Source: Eledone cirrhosa (Eukaryota). From it: a stretch of 64,000 nt of DNA. The position numbers were made by a program, and so were the translations under genes. The notes beneath the pieces are model-generated. The model was not told the DNA's origin, ran no database searches, and saw only the letters and a list, made by a program, of their open reading frames with translations. This document shows positions 38,504 through 53,908 of the stretch, piece by piece (the first letter of the stretch is position 1; the number at the start of each line of letters is the position of its first letter). The DNA lies in assembly GCA_964016885.1 (NCBI GenBank), contig OZ024742.1, forward strand, positions 59,148,001 to 59,212,000, in the 5' to 3' direction.

Positions 38504-40399
38504 ATTGACCAGCTCTATCCAGTGGTGAACCTTCAAACCTAAATAAATAATGCTCCTGAAATGTTGAGCACTTCTAGATGTAATAATGAACAGCGGCATG
38601 GGACTGACTCGATCTAATCACCATTCGGATTTTGGTTACTCTGCGCTTTGTCTACCGCCCACCTGGTCCAATACTACTTACCTCTGGGAATATTCAGACT
38701 TCGACAACATTCTACGGATTATACCATAACCTGTATTGTACTGTACTGTATTGATTAAATTCTCTACCCTATACTTCAGGGCCTTTGTAATTCACACTGA
38801 ATTCTCAGACTCGAACACATACTGATTCCATTTCCATATCTATATGCATTATCTGACTGCAACTTGAACTATATTGTATTTCTCCTGTGTTTTGATTTCT
38901 CCGTTTTACTCCACCACCACTCTAGTTATTTTTATTTGTTTATTTATATATTTCTACCTTTTTACTTTATTAATGTGTTTTTATTTACGTATTCTACTTT
39001 TATCTATCCATGTATTTTTTATTCCTTTTATTCGGATTTTTACTCGCTTGTACCCATTAGCACACGACACTAGAATATCTCCCTCTGAGAACAACGATAC
39101 CTATACCCGGACTATCCGGGGACCTTGATATAGTCTATTTGCGCTTTTCATCGAGTTTTACAATTGATTACACGCGATGATCCGACTGTTGTGTTGGTTT
39201 TCCTGGCTGCGAGACCGGCCTCCTGATGCATAGGCCTACCTTGAGTAGTTGGAAAAATAAATTTCCCCTTCTTTCGGTAAATGAAATTACTCGGAGCGGA
39301 TTGATTCGCCCCGGGGCCCGCTGCGCAGCCGTTTTTTGACCGCCATATAGTACCTTTAAATTCTAGGCCTAATCATAACTATTAGCTGTATCATGCCTCC
39401 CTCTACTTAAACAAATCCCCTCCTGTGTAAATTAATAGTACTCGTTTGGTATAACGATGGCCTAACGACGATGGCTGACTTCCCACTAGCACACCTGAAG
39501 CCTGGAATACACTCCTAGAGTACTTGGAAAAATTGAATTCCATATCTTTCGCTAGGCGATCTCACTCGGAATGGCTGACACGTGGTTAGGATGGGCTGGC
39601 CGGAGTCTGCAGTCGCCGCATGCTGTTTGACTGCTAAACAAGGACATAATCTTTACTTTACATCCCACTTGGATAACTTATCGAGGATCTCTATAATACA
39701 ATTAAAGTTTCTTCATAAAAGACTCTTTCTTTAACTAAACCTCGCAACCCAAAACCATAAAAAAATTTTTTTAAACTGTTTAATTTTCAATTTTCTAATT
39801 TTTTAATTTTATAATGTTAATCTTTAATTTTTTTAACTTCATCCTATAAATCTAAACACAATTTAACGTTCCAATCTTCTGTTCACACATTATACCATGT
39901 AGACCCCCACTATATATACCTCTGTTATAATATATACCTCTGTTAAGATACGGGTCCTTTAGAATAACTTTTTTCGCGGCAATTCCTGGCCTGACTGTAC
40001 CATGACATTAATACTGACTTTTCTTCCTCTTTCTTTCTGTATTTTTTCTTGTAGCATGACATTAACGCTGACCTTTCTTCCTCTTCCTTTCTGTTTTTCT
40101 TCTCTTTGACCGGGAGGTTAGTAGCACACTATAAGTTTTAGCCCCCTCACCAGATAGCCTTAAGTAGGCCGAATGGCCAGCACTTGAGGGCGACCGGCTA
40201 AAGTGGAAGATGCTAGATGGTCGGTCGTCCTCAGGTCTTTGATTTTCAGCCCCATGTATTTTATCTGTTACATTCATTTATTATATTTCGAATACCTGAT
40301 GATATCACCGGATTCATACGGAACCCGGTCATTGAAATGATCATAGTATAATAACCCTTTCAAGGATTTACACAAGTTCAGCCTCCTGTTATTTTATTA

Positions 40400-40410
<11 letters not shown>
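38504..40410 (+). mobile_element. Long non-coding (TA)n insert ending after a hammerhead (probable PLE 3' UTR/pLTR)
   Basis: (TA)n at both ends; hammerhead ~60 nt from the 3' junction; first 40 bp inverted at 38350-38390. Confidence 0.55.
40292..40349 (+). ncRNA. Type I hammerhead, canonical core
   Basis: atac CTGATGA tatc accgg...ccggt catt GAAA tgatca TA gtat. Confidence 0.8.
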
Positions 40411-40463
<53 letters not shown>

Positions 40464-42230
40464 GTTGTGAGTTCGATTCCTGGACCGGGCGATGCGTTAT
40501 GTCCTTGAGCAAGACACTTTATTTCACGTTGCTCCTTCTACCTGGAGTTGCGACCGATAGATAGTACTAGCAATTGGAAAGACCAACGGAAACATTGTTT
40601 CCTCGGTCCGATTTGACGAAAGTCGATCGACTGTCGATATATATATATATATAGAGAGAGAAAGAGAATCTACTAAAGTACAGCACAGGTATTTTATTTA
40701 TCGATTTCGAAAAGATGAAATTCAAAGTTGACCTTGGTGCGATTTGAATTCAGAGCAACCAAATGGCCTGCGGTATTTAGTGACGGATTCCTCCGTGGTT
40801 AGTTCAAATGCTACTGAAATCAACTTTATATATAATTCTTTTACTCTCGATAAAATAAAGTACTAATTAAATACATGTTTAAATATAATTGGCTACCTCA
40901 TCCCTATAATAAATTATAGCCTTGGTACTAGGGTAGAATTAATTGTTATTGACTCCAGTGCTGGATATGCTTGAGTGGTACTACGTCCACTCTGCGCAGT
41001 TCACTCATGACCATTGTTTATCGTGTCCTTTTATCGGCGGAGAATTTAGAGAGTCGTTAGAGCGTCAGAAACAAGCCTTGTGGAATTTTTATCGGCTCTC
41101 TGCACCCTGGCTTAGTGACCAACTTTGCATTTCATCCTTTTAGTGTCGATAGAATAAAGTATCAGTGCATGTAGGTACATTGTTGAAGGTACTACAGCGC
41201 CAAACGACATGACTTGTTGACATAATCCGCCACCCTGTTTAACACCACGACCTGGCATTTAGGTACCATTAGCGGATGCACTGTATCGAATTCAAAGTGT
41301 CAACTTTATCAAACTCTGTGTATCGCTAAGAATTACGTTAAAGGTGCACGTTTTTGTGGAATGCTCATTCACTTAAGTTAATTTAAATAGTAAGCCATGT
41401 ACCTTTTACCTTAGTTGTTATTGAATTCACAAATACATATATATGTAATTTCATTTTTGCATAATTGTATAAACAAGGAAGATTAATTTACCTTTGACCC
41501 ATGTCATTATTCAATCCATTACTACATGCTCTTTATAATTTATTTTATAGTCAATAAGATTTCGTTGACATTGTCCGATGCCTTTCTTAGGTCGTTCATT
41601 AATGGAGATTGCCCAACTTATTGTTTCAGGTGACGCGACACTGTATGGTGAAGGCAGGTTTGAAATAAATATTTCTACGATCTTGAATAAAAGTTTTATC
41701 CAATGAGTATAATCAGAAGGACGAAGGTGGTAAATTGATTGAGTCGTTAGAGTGCCGGATACAATGTTTTACGATATATTTCGTATCTCAGTTCTGCATT
41801 GAATTCAAATTCCGATCGACTTTATTGCCAACTTATGTCTGTGTCGAAGAAGTGGTCATACTTAGACACGTAAGTTTACTTTCACCGTGTGTCTACATTA
41901 CACTTTTTTTTATATATAAAGTACGTAGGTTTTTTTTCTATGCACGAATGTATTTATGTATGTACATGCTTATGCAGATGCCAGTGAATGCATATCTACT
42001 TGACACTATGCAAATGAACCAGACTACGCCTTTTGATCTATGTATGTATATATGGATGTTAACATGAAAATGTATTGTTATATATGTATACACTATATAT
42101 TAATATTTGTATATACGTATTTTTCTATTTATGTACATGTTTATAAGTATGAATAACTGTATCTGCGCGTGTGTCCATGTATGTATGCATGCATGTTTGT
42201 ATGTATGTATGTATGTATGTATGTATGTAT

Positions 42231-42590
42231 GTCAAGGCAGAATTCTAGGAGAAGGAAAACTTTGATATAACACCTGCAACCCTGATGGTATCCATTGATG
42301 TTGACGTGTTCTTCTTTTTGGTAAATATCATCTTGGTTAAGAGAGTGGGACTGGCTTTGTGCAGTGCCTTTGCTCACTATAAAAGCTTCACGGCACAGGC
42401 ATTGCTTTATATCTGGAGATATCTCTGTACTTGTCATCATATGGTACCATGTCACAAGTGTAGTGTTTGTACCAGAGATTTCAAGTCGCTGGCTGGACTA
42501 AAAAGTCACACTCGTTCAGCGCATCGGTAGGGGTTCTCCTACATGGATATAAAGTAGTGGCCGTACTCGAAAACGAGTTGGCAGCCACCA
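42231..42590 (+). mobile_element. 5'-truncated RTE-derived non-autonomous element
   Basis: Matches 60006-60391; (TATG)n on both sides. Confidence 0.8.
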
Positions 42591-42727
42591 TGTATGTATG
42601 TATGTATGTATGTATGTATGTACCTTCCTTCTATTTTTTCTTCCTCAACATTCTTCTCATCTCTTTGTTTCACGTTCCATTCTATTTCTTGCATTTCCTG
42701 TTTATATTCCTTTCTTCTTGTATATAA

Positions 42728-42764
<37 letters not shown>

Positions 42765-42816
42765 TATGTATATATATATTTATATATATATATATGTATA
42801 CATTCTGGGGGACATC

Positions 42817-42851
<35 letters not shown>

Positions 42852-42896
42852 TATATCAATATATATATATACATATATATATATAAATATATATCA

Positions 42897-43024
<128 letters not shown>

Positions 43025-43582
43025 GTATGCACGTATGCACGTATGTATGTAATTCACAAATTAAAAAAAAAACAATCTTCTTTTTAAATGTGTTTGTTAA
43101 AAATTTATTTGTATATAGGTGGGTGTAAAAGCATCACAGAGACTTTGGTAAAATTACAACATGTGTTAGAAGTCAAGAATATTGCTGTTGACATATAATT
43201 TCTAACAAACATCTAGGACACATCTCAACTACAAGAACCAGCACGATGTTTTTATATTTCCTACCACCTTCATTATTGTTGTTATTGTTCTTCTGGTTCT
43301 TATTATTTTTGTTGTTGTTGTTGTTCGTTCCTTCATATCATTTAGTATTTCATTTTCAGAAGACCAATAAAATAAATATACAAATAAATATTTTCACAAA
43401 TACATTTTAAAAGGTTTTTTACGAATTGTACACACACACACGCACGCACACACACACACGCACACACACATACACACACACACACATACACACACATAGA
43501 ATCTCTCTTTCTCTCTCTCTCTCTATATATATATATAAACTGTACATATATATATATATATATACTGTATATATACTGTATA

Positions 43583-43646
<64 letters not shown>

Positions 43647-43685
43647 CATATATATATAGACATATATATATATATGTATATATAC

Positions 43686-43721
<36 letters not shown>

Positions 43722-44293
43722 CATACAGTGTATGTATATATATATATATATATATAATGTATATATATATATATACGGACTCTCACACACACACACATAT
43801 ACATATATATATATATGTATATACAGTGTATGTATATATATATATAATGTATATATATATATATATATACGGACTCTCTACACAAACACACTTTTTACAA
43901 AATGTTTTTTTTCTTAAAAAAATCGTGATACATAATATAAAACATGTTTGTCCTCCAATCTACATATTACACTAAGTCCTAAGTCCTATATTTAAATTTG
44001 TAAAAAAATAATTTGCTAATAAATCAAGTTAACCATTTAATTTTAGTTCTATTGTCTACATCGTGTTTTGTTGGAATGACGTCTTGGCCCGTCACATTGT
44101 GTCGTCAGCAAAACATTAAAAATACACCTTTTTTCTTCTTTCTATTTTTCTTTATCGTTGTCGTCGTTGTAATACTGGTGGTAAATAGGTGACGAGATAG
44201 AAGAAAATGAACATTATCACATTAATTTAATATAATGTATTACAATGGATGTTTTTCATTTGTATGCCAGATACATACATAAAACTACCATTT

Positions 44294-44328
<35 letters not shown>

Positions 44329-44330
44329 TG

Positions 44331-44405
<75 letters not shown>

Positions 44406-44476
44406 ATTGCATAAAAATGAAAAAAAAAACATCCATACATAGATATATATATGTACATATATATATATGTATATAC

Positions 44477-44522
<46 letters not shown>

Positions 44523-44901
44523 GCTCGTGTTAATGTATTGTTATATAATTATGTGAGTAATTCAATGTTTATGCCCCTGAAAGATTATATAAGCTTTTCT
44601 TGAACAATGCATTTTTAATTAGCATGTACTTCTCTATCGCATCTGGTAATCATCATCATCATCGTAATCCTCATCTTTATCATCACCACCCCACCATCAT
44701 CATCATCACCACCACCACAACTAGCAACATAACCACCATCCCCACTACTACCATAATCATCACCATCCTGACTACCATCAACATGACAACTACTATTATC
44801 GAACTCAGAAAGTTAAGAGCTGGAACAAATACTGCTAAGCACTTGTTCGTTGCCTTAACGATTTTGCCAATCTACCGTCCTAACTGACAGTAATAATAAT
44901 A

Positions 44902-45125
44902 ATTATTTCTACTTTAGGCACAAGGCCTGCAATTTGAAAGGAAGGGGAAAGTCGATTAAATCGACCACAGTACGTTATTGGTATTTTATTTTATTGACCC
45001 CGTAATTTATTTTATTGAGGGCGAAATGCAATGCTAACCTCGGCGGGATTTAAACTAAGAACGAAAATGGACGTAACTCTATGCTGCAAAGCATGTTGTC
45101 CGACGCTCTACCGATACTGCCAAAT
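44902..45125 (-). mobile_element. tRNA-derived SINE
   Basis: Reverse complement of the major family. Confidence 0.75.
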
Positions 45126-45526
45126 CACTTAATAATATGTGTTATTAGTCATAAGAACCCGAGACTTTGCGGACGATACGACCACGATAAAGAACAGAAT
45201 GGGATTTACATCGAGTAATAAGAAGGGGACTTAATGTATGTAACAAAATCATTAATTGTAATAAAATAAAAATAAGAAGAGAAAACAACAAATGTCAACA
45301 TGACTATTCTGTCTCCCCAGGAGCATCGACTGTGTGATCTACTGGTTCAGTGTAGGCCCATTCAGCCTCACCAATCTCGCTGCCCTCAATCATTTATCAT
45401 AAAACATTGTAAGGCCGCATCCCCGATTACACTTATGCCTTATTTGTTAATAGTCGTTGAGACCATCATCTTGTTCTTTGACCATTTGTTACTGACCTTG
45501 TTCACACAGAGCCAGTTGTATCAATC

Positions 45527-45609
45527 TTAAAGAGTGGCGTTACGTACAGATGTATTTATGATTGACCAGTCACTGTCCGTCGTGAGGTGTAGTTTACTGG
45601 CGTCTGGGT
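45527..45609 (-). CDS. Possible terminal coding exon of a host gene
   Basis: Polypyrimidine tract plus ttttaacag acceptor, then phase-1 frame PDASKLHLTTDSDWSIINTSVRNATL-stop in non-repetitive DNA; no homology recognised. Confidence 0.3.
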
Positions 45610-46627
45610 CTGTTAAAAGAGACAAGAGAGAGATAGAGAGTATATAGGAAAAGGTGAAAATTAGTGCAATATATGATATTTATAGGAGAGGAGAATAAAG
45701 ATTTTCAGGTAAAGGAAGAGATGAAAGATTAAAGATAGGTAATATGATGATAAAGTAGTTGATAGCTATATTTTAGACTGGCCGGTGGGACCATTCAGGA
45801 TATAGAAAAAGAGTAGATTGTCGACACGTTGAAATAAAGAGATATGTGGCTGCAATAAAAGTGAGTTAATGTGAATGTATATAGATACTAGAATTATCCT
45901 AAAATAGATGCAGAGATGTGGTATCGAATCTTATATAGTAGTTGTGATAGTTGGTGTTGAGAATACCTGTTTAACCCTTTAGTATTCACATTACTCTATA
46001 TATATACTATATTTTCATGGTAAAGGCTTTACCTCGCATAATTATCTCACATAATATCGAATCTATGAGATTTTGAAAGTATTTATTTTGAGAACAATAC
46101 CTTAACATCAGTTTGAGCGACCAGTTACAGCCAGTTTCAACAGAACGAGGTAGAGAATTCTGGCCGATTTTGGCCGGTTTGAACATTAAGTTTAATATGC
46201 TGGTGTGTCTATTATCTAAAGGGTAATGCAATATTAACTATACTATAAATTAGTTATGGTTGCACGAGTGTGAAAGTGAGATGTGTATATTACCTATGGT
46301 GACGTTATAGAAAATATATAATGGTATGTGGATTGATTTCCGCAAGTCCGGGTTTGTAAACGTGAAATTGTTACAAAATGCGGATACCTCTATTTTGTCT
46401 TACACACACACATACATATATTGATACCCATATTTTTCTGTTCAGTGGGATTATATGCTCCATAGTCATAATAATACGGTGAAGCTTCTATTTCTATTTC
46501 AAAGTGAGGTTTTTTCCAAAATGAAAAATAACCGAGGTGTCCTAGTGAAAGTATAAAGAAAAAAAGATGAAATCGAAAATGCAACTGGAGTCTTATTTAA
46601 AAAAATATATATATATTTATTTGGTTC

Positions 46628-46663
46628 CTTTACCGGTTTCGCAGTTCTTCTGCTTTTCAAAAG
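46628..46663 (-). ncRNA. Minimal hammerhead, U3-A8 core (left palindrome arm)
   Basis: Mirror image of 46741-46776. Confidence 0.65.
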
Positions 46664-46740
46664 TAGAGTTGAGATGGAGGGTCTGTGGTTTTTCCCACAT
46701 CTGATGAGAGAAAAACCACAGACCCTCCATCTCAACTCTA

Positions 46741-46776
46741 CTTTTGAAAAGCAGAAGAACTGCGAAACCGGTAAAG
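46741..46776 (+). ncRNA. Minimal hammerhead, U3-A8 core
   Basis: ctt TTGAAAA gcag aagaa ctgc GAAA ccgg TA aag. Confidence 0.65.
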
Positions 46777-46843
46777 GAACCAAATAAATATATATATATT
46801 TTTAAAATAAGACTCCAGTTGCATTTTCGATTTCATCTTTTTT

Positions 46844-46878
<35 letters not shown>

Positions 46879-46949
46879 AAAATGTATGACCCCGACGGCA
46901 GAGCTCAAGCCGTTTCGACGGCTATTTATATATATGCGCAGGCGTCATC

Positions 46950-47800
46950 CTCACTCTCGGAAGACCTCCTGTTCCTTCTTCTACAGTCCCATCACGAAAT
47001 TTGCCAACTCCTCCTTCATAATTCTGTGTTAATTCAAGTCTTATTCCCGTTAAGCTACTTTCATGCACGGGAACAAGAAATCAGAATTAGCCAGCTCGTG
47101 GCTGTAGGGTGGGAGTTCTACCACTTTCATGTGCTTGTTGGTCATCCAGGTGCTCACCAACACTGACTTATGGCACGGGGCATTGTCCTCGTGGAACCAC
47201 TATTCTCCACTGCTCCACTGCTGTGGAATCTTTTCCCCCATCTTCTCCCTTGAACTTTCCAGAACTCTTTATTGACGGTTTCGTCCCCAGGAACCCATTC
47301 AACGTGAATAAGACCCTGGGAATCGAAGAAAAGATGACCATAGCCTTCTCTTGTGACCTGCTCATCTTTGCCTTCTTGGACCTAAGAAAGGACACGTGAT
47401 TCCACTGGGTACGCTGACATTTACCCTTAGGGTATACTTAGGTGAATACTCAACTCTCGTCGCAAGACATTACTTTATTCAGGAAACCAGAATCAGCCTC
47501 TATCATATCGAGAATGTCAGTTCTATACGAAACTGCGTCTGGTCGTCGGAGAGGATCTTTGGCATGAAATTGGCTCAGACTTTGTGGAGCCCCGGATCTT
47601 TCGCCAGAATTGTCTTCACTGTGCCAATACTAATAGTGACAGCTTCAGATATCATCCTCACAGTAGCTCAACGCTCATGACAAATCGGCGAACCGGATCA
47701 CATTGGTTCCACAACGCGCACTGCTGCGCTGCAACCGAGGCAGATAGGAAGTTGCCAATTAATCACTTTATACATTATATGTAAGTTTACTTCACACTGA
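46950..47800 (-). mobile_element. Degenerate mariner transposase
   Basis: HEDNAPCHKS...ELPPYSHELANSDFLFP on the minus strand; frameshifted. Confidence 0.8.
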
Positions 47801-47919
47801 AGTAGTATTCTAATTGAATGATATTTAATGCCTCTCCTGATATTTTCACATTACTTATTGAACACACCACGGATCTAGCTGTCGGAACGGCCGGAGCTCA
47901 GCCGCGTCGGGGTCCTGAC

Positions 47920-48470
<551 letters not shown>

Positions 48471-48754
48471 CTCGAGTGTATGTTATCTGTGCGTGTATGG
48501 GTGTGTGTAAACATTCTGACAGCATCTCAACCAGGAAAATGACATCTTGTCAAGAGTAGATCCCTTTAGGATAAGCCCTTCACTATTATCTAGCTTGGGT
48601 TTATCAGATCCCTCACTCGTCCCCCTCATTTTCATTTTCCCCACTCATTCCTTCAGTCATGACTATTTACCATTAACCTGTCTATTTTCTATTTATGCCA
48701 CTCTTGTGGCAAATGAAAGAATCATGAGGATTATTATTATTATTAGATAGACCG

Positions 48755-48973
48755 GTGGTTTGGCAGTATCAGTAGAGCGTCAGATACCATACTTTGCAGC
48801 ATAGGCGTTATGGCCCTTGACGTTCTGAGCTCAAATCCCGTTAGGTTAACTTTTCCTTTCATCCTTACAGGGTCGATCAAATAAAGTACCAATAATGAAT
48901 TGGGGGTCATTTTAATCAACTTTTCTCCTTCTTTTAAATCGTTACTCGTGTGCCAAAAGTAAAAACAATTATT
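48755..48973 (+). mobile_element. tRNA-derived SINE
   Basis: A/B boxes and shared core. Confidence 0.8.
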
Positions 48974-49216
48974 ATAGAACGTGTTATAAAGTTTATCTAT
49001 TTATTTTTATTCTCTTAAAGATGATATTAGTATTCATATATTACACATATTTCTGGTCGTCTCGTTTATGTTGCGTTTTGTTTCTTTCATTAAAAGAATA
49101 CATAACTTAACACTATAAATTAGATATATACAATCATAATCCCTCTCTTTTTACACGCGAAACATTAAGAGTTCAAATCTGACATGGATATCTATTGAAG
49201 TATCTGGATATATATA

Positions 49217-49565
49217 CAGATGTCCCCCAGTATTCGTGGGGGTTACGTTCCTAGAGCATCCGCGAAAAGTGGAAAACCGCGAATATTGGACTTTGTTAAT
49301 AAAAATGCCTTTAAACGTCAAAATATAACGTAAAATATAGGCCGGCAAATACGGCATATTGTTATTAATTTTTATTAATTTAGCGTTAAAAAGCGTGAAA
49401 AATATGTATTGCCACGAAAAAAGCCATAAAAAAATCGCAGAAGATATTTACGATTCCGCGAATATGCGGTGGTTTCCACAAACAATTATTAGTTAGGTTC
49501 TCAGGAAAATTCAGCGAATTATCGGGACCGCGAATGTAGGGACCGCAAATTTCGGGGGTACACTG
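49217..49565. mobile_element. Tigger/pogo-like MITE
   Basis: TA|cagatgtcccccagtattcg ... caaatttcgggggtacactg|TA. Confidence 0.75.
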
Positions 49566-50254
49566 TATTTTGTTTTCAGTATATTTTAATGTTTAACTGC
49601 ACACATATTTCTGTTTATATGTATGTCTGTATGAAAAATAAATAAACGATTGGATGGGAAGTAAGATTTATCAATCGATAATAAGAAAATTGAATAATGG
49701 ATATGTTGATAAATAGATAGCTAAACTGAATTATTCATTGATTGTCACAAAATAACATTGGGTATAGTTTGATTCTATGTCCCAGGTCAGCTCTGGCGCA
49801 ACATATTTATGTTCAAAGGTATTCCGGCTGGGATAATCCGGTTTATTTATATATATAGGGATGTGTATATGGGCCCACAATTCTTGATAAAGTTTTGTGT
49901 GTGTGAGGATGGAGGGCAAAGTGAAATAGTGTAGAGAGTCGGAAGGAATATTGCAAAACATTCTATCCGACGTTCTAACGAATGCCAATTCGCCCTTATA
50001 TAGGAATACATTATCTAAGAAATATAACTACTTTTTCAATACTGTCAGGTTTAATTTGAGGAATATTTGGCTACGATTTTCTCCGGATTATGTGACTACA
50101 TAGTCTTTGTTGTCGTGTGATAAATAGTTATATAAATAGTGAGAGCATTTGTGTGAGAAATTGAGGTGTTGAACGAGTAACCGAGTGAGTGATTATGTGG
50201 GTGAAAGGATGAGTGGATGAGAAACATACAGATCCTACTAGCTGAATGAAAGAA

Positions 50255-50524
50255 ATAGGGAGAGGAGATGAGAGAGAGAGAGGGGGGAATGAAAGGGAAA
50301 AAAGAGAGACTAGCTCTCTGAGAGTGAGAGAGAGTGGGAAAATGAGAGAGAGAGTGTGAGAGATAGTGAGAGAGGGTGGGAGAGAGAGAGAGAGAAAAAG
50401 AGAGAGGGGGCGGGTAGAGAAAGAAAATGGCTGACTCGGAAAGAGTGAAAAAAATGACTGACTAGGATAGAGTGAGGTGGGGGGGATGATAGAGATATAA
50501 AAGATTGAGAATTGTTTTCAGAGA

Positions 50525-50565
<41 letters not shown>

Positions 50566-50701
50566 TGAGAGAGAGAGAGAGGGAGTGATAGGGGGGGGGG
50601 GGTAGAGAAAGAAAATGGCTGACTCGGAAAGAGTGAGGTGGGGGGAGAGGATGATAAAGATATAAAAGATTGAGAATTGTTTTCAGAGAGTAAGAGAGAG
50701 T

Positions 50702-50766
<65 letters not shown>

Positions 50767-50837
50767 CGAGAAAGTGAAAATAAATCTCAAAGAAGAAAAG
50801 CGACAGACGTAATGAGAGAGAGAGAAAGAAAATGGCT

Positions 50838-50911
<74 letters not shown>

Positions 50912-50980
50912 AGAGAAAGAGAGAGAGGGGGAGGGAGAGAATAATATATCAAAGAGAAAAAGCGACAGAGGGAAAGAGAA
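50255..50980. repeat. (GA)n-rich low-complexity tract with internal duplication
   Basis: 50408-50530 largely repeated at 50598-50700. Confidence 0.9.
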
Positions 50981-51564
50981 GCGTCTATTGCATATATAAA
51001 ACTAAAATAACTTTTCGGGGACTGATGTCTTGATTCCTGAACAGAGGTTACTACAGCTGACACATATCTATGGAACACCCCAGCTGTCACGCTACCTCAA
51101 AATAGTTGTTTACTCCACATTTCGGCACTTTCTTAACTCCCCTCCTGTTTATCTAAACTATATCAACATCTTTGTAGGGATGCCACGCCCCCTTATTCCC
51201 TTATCCACCCCACCGGCGAAAGCTTGTTTCGTATGGATCTAATTTTATTGAGTCTGCAACACTATATTTCAAGGATCAAATGCAAATCCTAACTTTTTGA
51301 AAATCACAGGAAATAATTTTTAAAAATAATTCTGCAGGAGATATTTCTTTACTTTTTAGTCAAGAAAGAATGGCAATATACATGACCCTTTTCAAGGTCT
51401 CTGAGAAAGGTGAGAACATGGGTAAGGTATTTCTCAAACGGAAGACTGAGTCCGAATGCGTGCAACAGTGGTCTCCTCTAAAGACATCGAACAACGCCGG
51501 AACAAATGCCGCAATGCATTCTATCTGATGTTCTAATGACTCTACCATTTCTCCACATTTATAT

Positions 51565-52260
51565 ACACGAGGTCAGTCGATAAGGTATCCAACTTTAGGT
51601 TGGGAAAGACATTATGTACTTGGTTGGGTTCAATTGTTAATCACCCTCGAAGTAGGCTCAGTGTGCTTCCAAACACTTAGCCCAATGATCCTTCCAGTGT
51701 TAGAAGCACACTTGGAATGCTTTTTCTGGAATGGCTCTCTACTCCACCGTCTCGGTCTGCACGATGTCCCTTCGCTCTCAAATGAGTGAGAAGGAACTAT
51801 GTCTGGAGAGTAGGGAGCCTCGCACTGAGCGAAATACCTTTCTTTGCCAAGAAACAGTGTATTAGCTGCGAAGACTGAGCCGAGGTGTTGTCATGATGCC
51901 TCTGCTAGGTTTTGGTGTTACTTCTTTCTAACTGTTTGTCCTTTATGTGCGTATCCATGATGCACAATACTCCCGGTAGTCGAAGAATCACGTTGATTTT
52001 ACTTCGCACCTGACGCGCATTTGGGGCCCTGCCGACGTTGGATGCTTCCACTGTGATGATTTTCCGGATTGTATTCGTACATCCCTGTTTAATCTCCAGT
52101 TATAATTTTCTGGAACTTAGGATCTTTGTTGGTAGTTTTGGGTGAAATGAAAATACCTCACTGGCTGTCTGAAAGCGACTAACGTCTGCGACTTCACCAA
52201 AAAGCTACATGTGAACAGTAATGCACCATATCAAAATCCTATTTTAGATGAAACACGTGT
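51565..52260 (-). mobile_element. Mariner remnant
   Basis: KIITGD*TGMYEYNPE..SSQWKH on minus; mariner-like end cgaggtcagtcgataag. Confidence 0.6.
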
Positions 52261-52827
52261 CCAAGGTCCAGGTTGTGTTAAAGTGGGTGACGGATTAAGT
52301 CTCCCACGAAAGCTGGCAACAGTGCGATTTGAATTCAACGCAAAGAACGGTAAAATACTGCAAAACGAATATATTATCCTACGCTCTAATAATTCTGCCA
52401 GTTCAACACTCTCATCTTCTATATTCAGCAACCCAAAATAGGATGAATTCAGAACGCAGACAGCCTAACCAAACACTACAAGACATTTTGTAATACGCTC
52501 TAACAATTCCGCCACTACTATTTTATTTATCAACTCAGAAAGGATGAAAGACAAAGTTGATCTTGACTGGATTTGAACTTTTTCTACGTATTAACGATTC
52601 TGCTAGTTCGAAGCGTATTGGCATAGAGCGGTGAAATAATATGAAAGGCTTACTGGGATTTGAATTCAGAGCATATAAATAAAAATCCTAAATGAATATC
52701 GTAAGACAACTCTTCTAGTTCGGCACCTAGAATGATAGGATACTACGAAAGGTAAAATTTATCTCAGCATGATTTCAACTCACAACTTGAAGAGTCGAAG
52801 CAAATAAGGAAGAGCATTTTTTCTTAC

Positions 52828-52854
52828 ACGATCTACTGCTTGTTTGCTGCATAC
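52828..52854 (-). CDS. Possible 27-nt microexon
   Basis: ttcttgtatttcag acceptor and gtaaga donor; open in phase 1 (MQQTSSRS). Confidence 0.2.
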
Positions 52855-53259
52855 CTGAAATACAAGAACCAATTTCTAAGCAGGATTTGAACTTGGATCG
52901 GTGAAATAATTTGGTTTGGTCTTATAAATTCCTTCTTTTTCCTCTTCGTATCTCTGAACCTGTTGTAACTTTGTACGCCCCTCCCCTTTCTAATTCCGGC
53001 TATCAGCTGTCAGTTATCAATGTCTGCCATATTAAATCTTAAACAGAATTTAGATTGTGATGAAAGGTAAAAAACAACAAAAAAAAACTATCTTTTGCAA
53101 ATAAACAATTGATGTAAGCATGACTGTGTTCAGGAGTTAACTTCGCAGCTACGTATTTTCGGGTTCAGTCCTACTACATGAAACTTCGAGGTCTCTAATC
53201 AATTTGTTGCTATTTTAAGATTTCAGAGGTGCAACTGGAGAAGAATAAAGACCCTAGAC

Positions 53260-53605
53260 TTCGCGGAATACGTTGTAAAGTAACCTTGTATTGTTGGCAT
53301 CAACTGCAGCCTGGATTTCCTTCGTTTTACTTCTCCACTATGCATCATGCATGCTAAGGAGCTTGCACTATAAGTTAGCCTTCACCTCCTTCAACAACAT
53401 TTTACGCCTTCCAGCATCTTGCCCTCCTGTAATCATTCTCCTCATGGCTGTTTTCTTTTCATTAAGTAGCACTTGAATTACTTCATCACTTTCATCAAAA
53501 CAATCTTGATGTTTCCAAACAGCTGCCGAAGGATCATAAACTGAAGTTTTGAAATCTTCCCACGTGTCTTTGCATTGGATCTTGTCTAACCTTATCACCA
53601 GCTCA
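53260..53605 (-). mobile_element. Degenerate RTE-like LINE fragment
   Basis: KHQDCFDESDEVIQVLLNEK resembles the RTE KHQDWFDEN segment. Confidence 0.6.
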
Positions 53606-53737
53606 CCATATATACATATATACATATATACATGTATATATATATATATGTATATATATATAAAGGTTTACATATATATATATACATATATAAAGGTTTA
53701 CATATATATATATACATATATATATATAAAGGTTTAC

Positions 53738-53851
<114 letters not shown>

Positions 53852-53908
53852 TTTGTAACGGGTCACTTTGTGGCTCAATGAAGAATTAATAAATTAAATA
53901 ATCAGAGC

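Noticed and set aside
44645-44800. His/Thr-rich ORF 44600-44887
   Set aside because: Degenerate (CAT)/(CAC) trinucleotide repeat running into a SINE
46700-46706. CTGATGA in the palindrome spacer as the ribozyme core
   Set aside because: No helix I or II pairing to the downstream GAAA; the TTGAAAA register pairs on all helices
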